Shown one piece after another: positions 48,713-57,687 of a DNA stretch of 64,000 nucleotides (position 1 is the stretch's first letter; each line of letters opens with the position of its first letter). The position numbers and the translations under genes were made by a program. The notes beneath the pieces are model-generated. The model did no database searches, was not told where the DNA came from, and was given only the letters and a program-made list of their open reading frames with translations. Source of the DNA: Candidatus Latescibacterota bacterium (lineage in GTDB: Bacteria; Latescibacterota; UBA2968; UBA8231); the NCBI GenBank assembly GCA_965203175.1, contig OZ241867.1, forward strand, positions 5,504,001 to 5,568,000, written 5' to 3'.

Positions 48713-49921
48713 TCAAAGCGATTCCAAAAAGGCGACCAAGGCCTCCTGATCCGCCTGATCCAAGGCCATGTACGCGTCCCGGCTGGCCGCGGATTCGCCC
48801 CCGTGGCGCACAATGGCATCGTGCAAGGTGGTCGATTGGCCGTCGTGCATATAAAAGGCTTGCCCCCCCAGGAAATCGGGCACTAGACGCAGGCCCCACA
48901 AAGGCGCAGTGCGCCACTCTCGCCCCGTGGCGTCGCCGTCGGGGCGATTATCGGCCAATCCCTCCCCCATGTCGTGGAGCAACAGATCAGAGTACAGGTG
49001 GGCGTCCACATAGCTCAAGGCAGCCACCGAACTGGCCCCCGTGCGCATGGTAGGCGCGTGGCAGGTATGGCACTGAGCTTGGTGGAACAGGGCCTCGCCG
49101 CGCTCGACTTGGGGCGTGATAGGACCCCGTTTGGGCGGAGCCAGCAACCGCACGTACATCACCGTAGTCAGCACAGTGGCAGCCGAAATCTCTGGATCGG
49201 GCACTTGGTCGCCCTGCGCTACTCCGCCGGCCTGGGCATGGCTGTTCTCCTCGGGCAGAAAGTCACTGGTGATGCCTATATCCTCGTGATAGGCCTCCAC
49301 CACCTGCTGCAGTAGAGACGAGACCTGGGCCTTGCGCGAAAAGCGCCCGAGCTGGATCCCGTCCCCTCCGCCCACGTGGGCTGCGGAGACGTAGTCGGGC
49401 GAACTGACCCAGTGGGCCCGGCCCGATATGCCGTCGCCATCCGCATCGTCGGGATCTCCGCGCGCCAGGATGGTCTCCACTGGAATGGCCTCGATCAAAC
49501 CCACGCCAAATACCGGCGGCGGAATGCGGAAGGAGCGATCCACCTCGGGGGGCAGCATTTCGGGGGGCGCGCCGGGGATGGATTTGTCCTGGTGCTGGGC
49601 CCCGCCTTTGTCCAGGGCCAAATCTTCTCCTTCGCTAAAGCGGAAAAATCCCACTGCGGGGGTGCCTCGCCCATCGCCGGGATGGCAGCCTTCACAGCTA
49701 ACATTGTTGAAGATGGGCCCCAAGCCCTCATCAATGGTAAAGGCCTTGGCAAAATTCTCGTCTCCTGCGACGAAAACCGCGTTGAGGTCTGCGGACAGGC
49801 CCTCAAAGGGAGATTCGAAATCGTCGCCTGGGGGAGGGGGTTCGGTCATGAGCTGGCCACAGGCCCCACCGATCCAAGTCATAGCGCACAGGCCGACGGC
49901 AAAAATCGGACGCTTCACCAA
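48713..49921 (-). CDS. Di-heme oxidoreductase (DHOR) family lipoprotein
   Basis: GLGP.FN..SCEGCH, second heme motif CHTCH, YSDLLLHDMG, EWRTAPLWG, HDG...T...AI..HGGE. Lipobox-like GGAC. Confidence 0.9.
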   Translation of the reverse strand: MVKRPIFAVGLCAMTWIGGACGQLMTEPPPPGDDFESPFEGLSADLNAVFVAGDENFAKAFTIDEGLGPIFNNVSCEGCHPGDGRGTPAVGFFRFSEGEDLALDKGGAQHQDKSIPGAPPEMLPPEVDRSFRIPPPVFGVGLIEAIPVETILARGDPDDADGDGISGRAHWVSSPDYVSAAHVGGGDGIQLGRFSRKAQVSSLLQQVVEAYHEDIGITSDFLPEENSHAQAGGVAQGDQVPDPEISAATVLTTVMYVRLLAPPKRGPITPQVERGEALFHQAQCHTCHAPTMRTGASSVAALSYVDAHLYSDLLLHDMGEGLADNRPDGDATGREWRTAPLWGLRLVPDFLGGQAFYMHDGQSTTLHDAIVRHGGESAASRDAYMALDQADQEALVAFLESL

Positions 49922-49974
49922 TTGCCTCCTTTAGGCAGAGAATAAAATATAGTTATGTAATATACAACTTAAAG

Positions 49975-49990
49975 TTTAGTCATGGCTAAA
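49975..49990. promoter_or_regulatory. DtxR/MntR-like palindromic operator
   Basis: TTTAGTCATGGCTAAA is 14/16 self-complementary and lies in the AT-rich region upstream of the DHOR gene. Confidence 0.55.
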
Positions 49991-50112
49991 AATAAAAAAT
50001 GATCGAGCAAAAGACAAGGCCATCCATCCTTCGGGAACGACCTCGGCGGCTTTGAGTGCGACCGACCTTTTGCAATGGGCTTTGCTAACGCCAAATCAAC
50101 CTAGAAAACGGA

Positions 50113-50149
50113 CTATTGCGCCGCCTATTCACCCGCCGTACCTTGCCCC
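50113..50149 (+). promoter_or_regulatory. Sigma70-like promoter, homologous to 55478-55514
   Basis: TTGCGC-N17-TACCTT. 31/37 identical to the 55478 copy. Confidence 0.7.
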
Positions 50150-50178
50150 CATGATGCAGAGAGTTGAGCGATAAGTTC

Positions 50179-51471
50179 ATGAAAAATCGAGCCACCTCGC
50201 TTTGGATATTTCCCGCTTGGGTCCTGTGCCTGTTGCTAGCGGCCCCTGCCTTCTGCCGCACGGGATCAGTGCCCACAGGACCCGTGCCCGCCGCCCTGCA
50301 GCAGCCCGAGGTGGCCGACCTCGAACCGCTGTTCTGCTGGGCCACCCCGGTGCCCGATGAATACGCCAACAACAAGTCGGGGTACACTGCTTGCGTGGCA
50401 GGGCCCGACGGCAAAGTCTACCTAGGCACGGCCAACTACTACGATTACGGCGACTGGCTGGCCTATGATCCCCACGACCGCAGCATCGAAAGAGTAGTCA
50501 ACCTAAGCCAGACCATCGCCGAAAACCTGTACGACATCAATACCCAGGGCAAGACGCACACGCAGCTGGCCATCGGCCCCGACGGGCGCATATACGGCGG
50601 CACCAAGCAAGGGCACGAACTATTTGCCACCAGGCCCGAAATCGGCGAACAGGCCGGCGGTTATCCCGGCGGTCATTTAATCGCCTATGATCCGCGCACG
50701 GGCCTAGCCCAGGACCTGGGTATCCTGCGCGCCCAAGACGGTCTGATGAACGGCATTGTCGATCACGAGCGCCGCCGCATCTACTTCAAAACCGAACCGC
50801 GCATGCACTTTCTCATCTACGAGCTGGACACGCACCAAGTAATCGACAAAGGGCGAGTGGGCACCTGGAGCCGCTACATCGACATGGACGACCGAGGCGA
50901 TGTGTGGATACCCAATCGCGGCAGAATGACCCGCTACGACGTGGAAAGAGACGAACTCGTCGAGTACAAAGTGCGCGTCCCAGCAGGTGCCCCGCCCTAT
51001 GAAAAACCGTACGCCTGTGTAATTGGCGGCGGCGGCAGCAAGCTCGGAGCCGATTTCAACCGCCGCGGCATGAAGCTCTACGGAGGCGACCTCAGGCAAA
51101 TTCAGGAATTCGACCTGGCCAGCGCCGCCAGCGGAGTCGTGTCCATGCGCTATGTCTGCAATTCAGTCCCCGAGCCCTTTGCAGAAAGCAGCGATATCCA
51201 CACCATGATACAGGACGCCAAGGGCCGGATCTACTGGACTGCGGATGTGGGCCAAAACCCGAAGCAGACCCTGATTATGCGCTACGATCCGCACCAAGGC
51301 CAAGGCGAATGCCTCGGTTATGTCGTCGATGCGGAGTTTGTCCAACATCGGGATTTGCACAATGGCCTAGGCTCGATCCAAGGCTCGGCAATAGGGCCAG
51401 ATGGAACCCTGTACATCATGGCGACCTATCCGTATTACATCCTCGAATTTCCCCGGCTGACCGCGGATTGA
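50179..51471 (+). CDS. Secreted beta-propeller protein of unknown function
   Basis: Signal peptide and repeated GPDG.(V/I/L)Y blades, GKTH, YPGGHL..YDP. Alternative start TTG 50164. Confidence 0.65.
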   Translation: MKNRATSLWIFPAWVLCLLLAAPAFCRTGSVPTGPVPAALQQPEVADLEPLFCWATPVPDEYANNKSGYTACVAGPDGKVYLGTANYYDYGDWLAYDPHDRSIERVVNLSQTIAENLYDINTQGKTHTQLAIGPDGRIYGGTKQGHELFATRPEIGEQAGGYPGGHLIAYDPRTGLAQDLGILRAQDGLMNGIVDHERRRIYFKTEPRMHFLIYELDTHQVIDKGRVGTWSRYIDMDDRGDVWIPNRGRMTRYDVERDELVEYKVRVPAGAPPYEKPYACVIGGGGSKLGADFNRRGMKLYGGDLRQIQEFDLASAASGVVSMRYVCNSVPEPFAESSDIHTMIQDAKGRIYWTADVGQNPKQTLIMRYDPHQGQGECLGYVVDAEFVQHRDLHNGLGSIQGSAIGPDGTLYIMATYPYYILEFPRLTAD

Positions 51472-51477
51472 GAATCC

Positions 51478-54400
51478 ATGTATCGGATAAAATTCACAAG
51501 CTGCGCCCTGCTCGCTTTTTCCCCACTGCTCGCCGGCGCTGAACCCGCGCTGGACCTGGAGCGGGAAAGTGCTCGCATGGTGCCTCTGTTTGAGGCCCTG
51601 CCCGTCAATGAGTGCATGGTGACTGCAATGGTCCGCCGGCAGCGCGACGGCCTGATCATTGGGGCCACCTGCGGCAAAAAGGAAATCTGCCTGTTCAGCT
51701 TTGACCCCAGCAGCACGGCAGTGAAAAAACTCGACTGCTTCGAGGCCCTGTGGTGGGATGAGCCGCGCCTAGCGCTCGGACCCGAAGGGGACATTTATCT
51801 GGGTGCCCGACGAGCGTACGACAAGCAGTTCTTCTTCGAGCGCCCGCGGCAGCGCCCTCACACCCCCAGCACATTCAGGCGCCGCGACTCAGTGCCGCCA
51901 CCCCACCTGACGGATCCAACAGCCCCAAGCATGCCCATCCGGCACTACTCGCCCGCTGGCCGCTTGCTCGCAGAAATCGCCCTCCCTGAATTCCCCGAGC
52001 CGGACGGAGTAGGAGCCCTAGCCGTCGACGCCACCGGGCAAATGCTCTGCGGCCTTACCGCGCCCGGAGGGCGGCTTTTCACCGTGGCGCTGTCGTCCGA
52101 ATGGGAGGCACAAAAGGATTACGGCGAGGTAGTCCCCCTGCCCCAACACCACCATACCCGCCCAATCAGCAGAGTCCTGCTGGCTGCAGACAACGGCAAG
52201 ATCTACCTCAGCGGCACCAGCACCGGGGCGAGTGGCGACGACGACATGGGTCGCATCCTCGAACTGGATCCCCTCACAGGCGTCCTCAAGCCCCTCGATG
52301 CCAGATTGCCCGCCGTAGTGGGGCGACGGCGCTTCGCCGCCATCGACGCCGCGGTAAAACTGGACGACGGCAGCTTTCTCGCCGGCACGACAGATGGCTA
52401 TCTGTTCCGCTTTGACCCAAAAGCCGCATTGCTAGAGGGTTTTGGCAAGCCCCTGCGGCAGCACCGCATACCGGGGCTGGCCCGGGGGGTGGATAGCCTG
52501 ATCTACGGCGTGGGCGGCGAAGAGGAAGGGCTGCCGCGCTTGTTTGCCTTTGACCCGGTCCAACGCCGGATACACCTGGGCACCTGGCCGGGCGGCATGC
52601 AGCCGGAAGGAGGACACCAAACCTTCGGCGATATCGGCGCAGTCGTCAGCACGGCCGACGGCACCCTCATATGTGGCGAGCGCGAGCGGCGCGGTTACCT
52701 GCTGTTGTACTACCCAAAAGACAGGCCGATGTCCTCCGCTGCAGAGACCAAAGCGCGCTACACCGCTGCCACCGCAACCTCGTCCAAGTGGAAAAGCACC
52801 CTTGCGGGCGAGGCGCTCGCCAACTGCACCCGCGACCGTTTCATCGATTTTTCCGTCGCCTCTGGCACCCTTGGTCTAGCCCCCACCTATCTGATCGCCG
52901 ATGCCATGGCCCGCAGTTCGAAAATCAGCGAACCCCTGACGGACGCAATCCAAGTAAAAAAGGTCTTCGAACTGCCATCGGCAGTCGAAAAAGTCGAAAT
53001 CCTCTTTTTCGGCGGGGGTGGTAGCGAACAAACACCCATGCTCATCACAGTCAACGGGCACGAGATCCGCCACGTTCAGAACAGAGAAAAAATGCTCACG
53101 GGCGGCTGGGACCGGGAAACCATTCCCGGCCGCTACCTGCAGCAGGGCAGCAACGAACTGATCTTTTCGGGAGCAGGGTTTCTGCTCATCGATGCGGATA
53201 GGCCCGGCAAAAACAGTTTCAAGCGCCTTTCCGGGGAAAGCAGCGAGTGGAAGAGCGACATACTCGGGCCCGGGAACAATCTCTCAGGCGAGTACGTCGT
53301 CCGCATCCGGGTCCACGGCTATCCGCCCGAGGGTACCCTGACTTCCCCAATAATTGATATGGCCGCAGAATATGCCCTTTCCCCCAAGATAGAGGTGAGC
53401 GCCCTGCATCTGTCCGCCGATCTGGCACTACAGCCGCAGACCGCTGTCCGGTTCGCAGTGCGCACTGGCTCAACGGCCTGGTACGCGCCGGATAAATGGA
53501 GTCCCTGGCGGTCAGCCGACTCGGCCAATACCCTGCCCGGACAGCGCTTTGTGCAGTGGCGAGCGACCCTTTCCAGCCGGGATGCCCGCATCACGCCCTT
53601 AGTGAAAAAAGTGACCATTGAGGCTTCCGGCCGGATCAGCGGGGTAAATCACCCGGACATCGAGATGATCGAGGCACCGGACAATGCTATTGCGGTCTCT
53701 TCGTACGATTTCGACTACGCCGACCCGCACCACCCCCGCATGCGCCACCTGCGGGAAAAATACCGGCTGGAGGAAATAGTCGCCCCTGGCAAAACGGAGA
53801 TGGAAAAGTTTGCCCTTTTGCGTCAGTGGGTGCGCCGGCAGTGGGAGGGATGGAACGAAAACGAGTACAACTACTGCCCACAGTGGGACGCGCTGGAGAT
53901 CCTCGAACTAGCTCCGCAGAACCTGGCGCTGGGGATGTGTACCCACTATGCGGCTGTCTTTGCCCAGTGCGCCGCGGCCCTAGGGTACCACACCCGTCCC
54001 CTCATCGTCGACCACCACTGCCTGACCGAGATCTGGTCGGACCAGTACGGCAAGTGGATTCTCCAAGATCCGGGGCTTCTGCCAGGGCACCAAGTGGCTT
54101 TCCAGTACGAAAGGGCCGGTGTGCCCATCAATGCGCTCGAAATGCATCGCAGCGCCGCAGCCAACAAGGCCGGGAATATCGATATTATTCCCCCACCGCC
54201 CATTCCCGTGGACCAGATGCGGCGGATGTTTGTCGATCTGTACCTGCGCTTCGGCATACCGCTGCGCAACGACCACCTGTACCGCTCCGAGCCTCAAGAA
54301 CTGGAACAGGGCATGAATCAGTACCACTGGGACGGCCATCTGTGGTGGACCGACAGTCTCGACCCGAGGTACCCGGAATACTCACTCCAGACCACCCGGC

Positions 54401-54669
54401 CAGAGGATTTCTATTGGTCCTTGAACAAAACGAGGATCGACCTAGAGGACACCGAGACGACCGCGACCCTGTCCGTGCAATTGTCCGGCCCCATTCCCAA
54501 TCTCGCCCGCTTTGAGATCAGCTTGGACGAGGGCGCATGGCAGGAGAGCGATCCGTCTTTCGCGTGGAACCTGCGCCCGGGCAGAAACGCGCTGCGGGCA
54601 AAAGCGGTCAATACCATGGGCCTCCAAGGCCCTGTCAATCAGGTCGTACTCGAGTATCGCAGCAACTGA
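51478..54669 (+). CDS. Large secreted protein: propeller + array-like scaffold domain + transglutaminase-like domain
   Basis: GMCTHYA..F......LG..R...DHH...E.W......W...DP gives a Cys-His-Asp arrangement. C-terminal W.L.PG.N.L...AVN..G..G. Confidence 0.75.
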   Translation: MYRIKFTSCALLAFSPLLAGAEPALDLERESARMVPLFEALPVNECMVTAMVRRQRDGLIIGATCGKKEICLFSFDPSSTAVKKLDCFEALWWDEPRLALGPEGDIYLGARRAYDKQFFFERPRQRPHTPSTFRRRDSVPPPHLTDPTAPSMPIRHYSPAGRLLAEIALPEFPEPDGVGALAVDATGQMLCGLTAPGGRLFTVALSSEWEAQKDYGEVVPLPQHHHTRPISRVLLAADNGKIYLSGTSTGASGDDDMGRILELDPLTGVLKPLDARLPAVVGRRRFAAIDAAVKLDDGSFLAGTTDGYLFRFDPKAALLEGFGKPLRQHRIPGLARGVDSLIYGVGGEEEGLPRLFAFDPVQRRIHLGTWPGGMQPEGGHQTFGDIGAVVSTADGTLICGERERRGYLLLYYPKDRPMSSAAETKARYTAATATSSKWKSTLAGEALANCTRDRFIDFSVASGTLGLAPTYLIADAMARSSKISEPLTDAIQVKKVFELPSAVEKVEILFFGGGGSEQTPMLITVNGHEIRHVQNREKMLTGGWDRETIPGRYLQQGSNELIFSGAGFLLIDADRPGKNSFKRLSGESSEWKSDILGPGNNLSGEYVVRIRVHGYPPEGTLTSPIIDMAAEYALSPKIEVSALHLSADLALQPQTAVRFAVRTGSTAWYAPDKWSPWRSADSANTLPGQRFVQWRATLSSRDARITPLVKKVTIEASGRISGVNHPDIEMIEAPDNAIAVSSYDFDYADPHHPRMRHLREKYRLEEIVAPGKTEMEKFALLRQWVRRQWEGWNENEYNYCPQWDALEILELAPQNLALGMCTHYAAVFAQCAAALGYHTRPLIVDHHCLTEIWSDQYGKWILQDPGLLPGHQVAFQYERAGVPINALEMHRSAAANKAGNIDIIPPPPIPVDQMRRMFVDLYLRFGIPLRNDHLYRSEPQELEQGMNQYHWDGHLWWTDSLDPRYPEYSLQTTRPEDFYWSLNKTRIDLEDTETTATLSVQLSGPIPNLARFEISLDEGAWQESDPSFAWNLRPGRNALRAKAVNTMGLQGPVNQVVLEYRSN

Positions 54670-54760
54670 GCGCGTGGCCCGCGTCCCGGATCAATGTATA
54701 CCAGTAGAGGTAGCACTTCTACACGTGACTCCGGGAACGGTCGTCCACTAGACACTCCCC

Positions 54761-54798
54761 TTGCGCCTCGATTAAATGTTATTACACTAGTAGCAACA
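54761..54798 (+). promoter_or_regulatory. Promoter/operator of the AbrB-Doc TA pair
   Basis: TTGCGC-N16-TACACT, overlapped by imperfect inverted repeat TGTTATTAC-acta-GTAGCAACA. Confidence 0.55.
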
Positions 54799-54812
54799 AC
54801 AGGAGGTGCTTC

Positions 54813-55040
54813 ATGGTTGAACTCAAAGTCCGCAAATTCGGCAACTCACTCGGCGTCGTCCTGCCCAAGGAAGTCGTCAACCGGCTGCGCACCAAAGACG
54901 GGGATCCTCTATTCCTGATCGAAGGGCCAGACGGCAGCTACCAGATGACGCCCTACGATCCCACCTTTGCAAAGAAGCTGGCAAAGGCCGAAGACATCAT
55001 CGATCGCTATCGCAACACGCTCCACGTTCTGGCCCAGTGA
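54813..55040 (+). CDS. AbrB/MazE-family antitoxin
   Basis: Motif LKVRKFGNSLGVVLPKE.......GD.L, and TPYDP.F. Confidence 0.9.
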   Translation: MVELKVRKFGNSLGVVLPKEVVNRLRTKDGDPLFLIEGPDGSYQMTPYDPTFAKKLAKAEDIIDRYRNTLHVLAQ

Positions 55041-55438
55041 CGGAACCGGTTTGGATTGACGCACGCGACGCGCTGATGCTACACGACCGACTGCTCGCGC
55101 TGCACGGCGGCGCGGCGGGGGTGCGCGACGATGGCTTGTTGCAATCGGCTTTGGCCCGGCCACAGCAACACTACGCCTATGCGGATGCGCCCGATCTCAT
55201 CGAAATGGCAACCGCCTATACGGCGGGTATCGTGCGCAACCATCCTTTTGTCGATGGCAACAAGCGCACCGGCTTTGTAGTCGGAATCCTGTTTTTGGAG
55301 TTGAACGGCTATCGCTTCACCGCCATTCAAGAGAACGCGGCTCAAGCCGTCATCGCGCTGGCGGCCGGGACACTCGATGAAGCGGGCTACACGTCTTTCC
55401 TGCGCGCGAACACCGAAGTGCAACGCGAAAAACAATGA
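55037..55438 (+). CDS. doc: Doc (death-on-curing) family toxin
   Basis: Motifs H..L...HGG..GVRD.GLL.SAL.RP and NHPFVDGNKRT. Confidence 0.95.
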   Translation: MTEPVWIDARDALMLHDRLLALHGGAAGVRDDGLLQSALARPQQHYAYADAPDLIEMATAYTAGIVRNHPFVDGNKRTGFVVGILFLELNGYRFTAIQENAAQAVIALAAGTLDEAGYTSFLRANTEVQREKQ

Positions 55439-55477
55439 CAGCGCATTAGCACGGCTCATCCACCGCTTAAAAGCGGC

Positions 55478-55514
55478 CTATTGCGCCACCTCTCCACCCG
55501 CTATATCTTGCCCC
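55478..55514 (+). promoter_or_regulatory. Sigma70-like promoter of the transporter gene, homologous to 50113-50149
   Basis: TTGCGC-N17-TATCTT. Confidence 0.7.
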
Positions 55515-55582
55515 ACCATGAATTTACGCCTCAGCATCATCGCCCAGAGCTTTATTCCCCTCTGCAAAGCGCATCTCCTCGC

Positions 55583-57037
55583 ATGAACAAAGTAGAAATC
55601 CCGCCGCCCGAAGGCGTCTTCGCCCAGTCCTGGTCGCTGAAAAAACTTTTTGGTATGCTCGCCGTCTTCGGCCCGGCGGCCATCGTCGCCTCGGTCGCCA
55701 TCGGCGCTGGCGAGACCATCGTCGTGGTGCGGGCCGGGGCTTGGGCTGGTTACGGCCTGTTGTGGATGGTCTTGCTCAGTTGTCTGGTCAAGGGCGTCTT
55801 CTTCACCTACCTGATTGGCCGCTACACAGCCGTCAGCGGCGAGCTGATCGGCCACCGCCTCGTGCGTCTGCCCGGGCCGCGCGGGTGGCTGCTGTTGACC
55901 ATTTTGCTGTTTGAGATGATCGGCGCGCCCCTAGCTTGGGTACCCGTCTCCAAGCCCTGCGGCGACCTCTTTCACTTCCTGCTGCGCGACATGCTGCCCG
56001 CTGGCGAGGAAGAAGTCTTTTGGGAAAACGCCATAACCTCGGCCTTCATTGCCTTGGCGCTGTTCTTTGGCATCCGCCTGTCCTTTGAACGCCTCGAAAA
56101 GCAACAACTCCTCATCTGCGGAATCCTAGTCACGGGCACCATCGCCGGGACCCTCATCGTGCGTCCAGACTTTATCGCGGCGCTTGTCGGGACCTTCCGT
56201 TTTGGCGACCTGCCGCCCTTCCCAGAGTGGGCACCCGCGGACACCGTCGCGCATCCGCTGCTGACGTTGGGCACCACCTTTGGCTACGTCGGCGGCGGGG
56301 TCATTAGCTACATCGCCTACGCCAACTGGGTCGGCCTGCACAAGTGGGGGCTGACGGGCCACCAAGACATCGAGGCCATCCGCGACCGCGCCGGACGCAG
56401 CGAGACCATCGACTACCTACCCGACGATCCCCAGCAAATCCATCGCCTGCGGCAACGCGTGGCACCGCTGCGCTGGGACGTGGCGCTGGGGGCACTGGTC
56501 CTCTTCATCGTCACCGGGGCCTTTATGATTTCCGGAGCGGCCGTGCTCTTCCCGCTCGAAACCCGCTTTGAGGGCTGGAACTTGCTGACGCATCAAGCCC
56601 ACGTCTGGCGGCAGATTCATCCGACCTTAGTGTGGATTTACTACGTCTGCATCCTCGCCGCACTGTGGGGCACCCTGCAAGCCCTGCCCGAAATCTACGC
56701 CCGCGTGGCCCAAGAGTTTCTCTCCGCCCGCTGGCCCGACCGCACTTGGGAATACCAGGCGATCAAGCGCGTCATCTGCCTCTACATCTTCGCCACCACC
56801 ATGCTCATCGTCTGGAACAACATCCCCTTCGACATCCTGACCCAGATCGCCGGCTTCCTCATCGCCAACCTAGCCATTGCCATGATGATGGTGGCAGCTA
56901 TCTATCTCAACTTCAAGCTACCCACCTCCTACCGCACCCGCGCTTGGGTTCTCATCGGCGCGGTGCTCTCGACTGTGGTACTGATCGCCTCAGCCGCCGT
57001 CAGTGGTTGGGGACTGCTGGGAAAACTGGCGGGCTGA
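55583..57037 (+). CDS. Nramp-like/APC-superfamily membrane transporter
   Basis: About 11 hydrophobic segments, with FGP.......IG.GE......GA..GY.LLW and RY...SGE. Confidence 0.75.
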   Translation: MNKVEIPPPEGVFAQSWSLKKLFGMLAVFGPAAIVASVAIGAGETIVVVRAGAWAGYGLLWMVLLSCLVKGVFFTYLIGRYTAVSGELIGHRLVRLPGPRGWLLLTILLFEMIGAPLAWVPVSKPCGDLFHFLLRDMLPAGEEEVFWENAITSAFIALALFFGIRLSFERLEKQQLLICGILVTGTIAGTLIVRPDFIAALVGTFRFGDLPPFPEWAPADTVAHPLLTLGTTFGYVGGGVISYIAYANWVGLHKWGLTGHQDIEAIRDRAGRSETIDYLPDDPQQIHRLRQRVAPLRWDVALGALVLFIVTGAFMISGAAVLFPLETRFEGWNLLTHQAHVWRQIHPTLVWIYYVCILAALWGTLQALPEIYARVAQEFLSARWPDRTWEYQAIKRVICLYIFATTMLIVWNNIPFDILTQIAGFLIANLAIAMMMVAAIYLNFKLPTSYRTRAWVLIGAVLSTVVLIASAAVSGWGLLGKLAG

Positions 57038-57076
57038 CAGGCGGCGACGACACTGTTCATTCGCGCTTGTCCCTCA

Positions 57077-57553
57077 ATGAAAACTAAGATTAAGAAAAAC
57101 TACCTATACTACGCTGCCGGTCGGACATGGTCTGTGCCAGAGCTACGACTAGTTTCACTCCCCGATGGCACCGCTGCCATTTCTGAAGAGGAAATCCACC
57201 GGATCCACCGGGCGATCGCCAACGAAATCTGCGGAAATAACACCAGTCTATCTATGGAAGAATTGGAATTCCTCTGTGACGTAACGGACACCACCTTCTC
57301 GGATGTGGCAGACTGGCTACAGATCCACCGCAGCACGGTTACTCGATGGCGCAAATCTGGTGAAGTGCCGAAGAGCGTAATGAGCTTGGTACTCAAGAAA
57401 TGGTTTTGGTACCTTCTTTTCGGAGAATCTCTCCATGACGAAGCGATTCCGCTGAATTGCGCCGTCAACGAGACCAAATTCCTGTCTTTTGCCAAACAAG
57501 AGACCATTGATAAACACTTAGCAGACCCAGTCTCCCAAGCTAAAATTCTATAA
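57077..57553 (+). CDS. XRE-type HTH protein, MqsA-like orphan antitoxin/regulator
   Basis: Motif LS.EEL.FL......FSDVA..L.I..STV.RW. Confidence 0.6.
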   Translation: MKTKIKKNYLYYAAGRTWSVPELRLVSLPDGTAAISEEEIHRIHRAIANEICGNNTSLSMEELEFLCDVTDTTFSDVADWLQIHRSTVTRWRKSGEVPKSVMSLVLKKWFWYLLFGESLHDEAIPLNCAVNETKFLSFAKQETIDKHLADPVSQAKIL

Positions 57554-57687
57554 CATGGGTCGCGACGGAAGTATCGTTCGCTGGTGCTTAAGGAGACCCG
57601 ACCAGTGGCTTTGGGGTTCGGAAGGGTGCTGATGCCAGAGAGTGATGTACTTTGTGGAGATGGCGAGGAGGATTGGGGGATTTGCTC

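Noticed and set aside
54684-54736. Imperfect nested hairpin before the AbrB-Doc promoter as an integron attC site
   Set aside because: It lacks RYYYAAC/GTTRRRY ends, occurs once, and no integron integrase is present. It may simply be a terminator-like hairpin.
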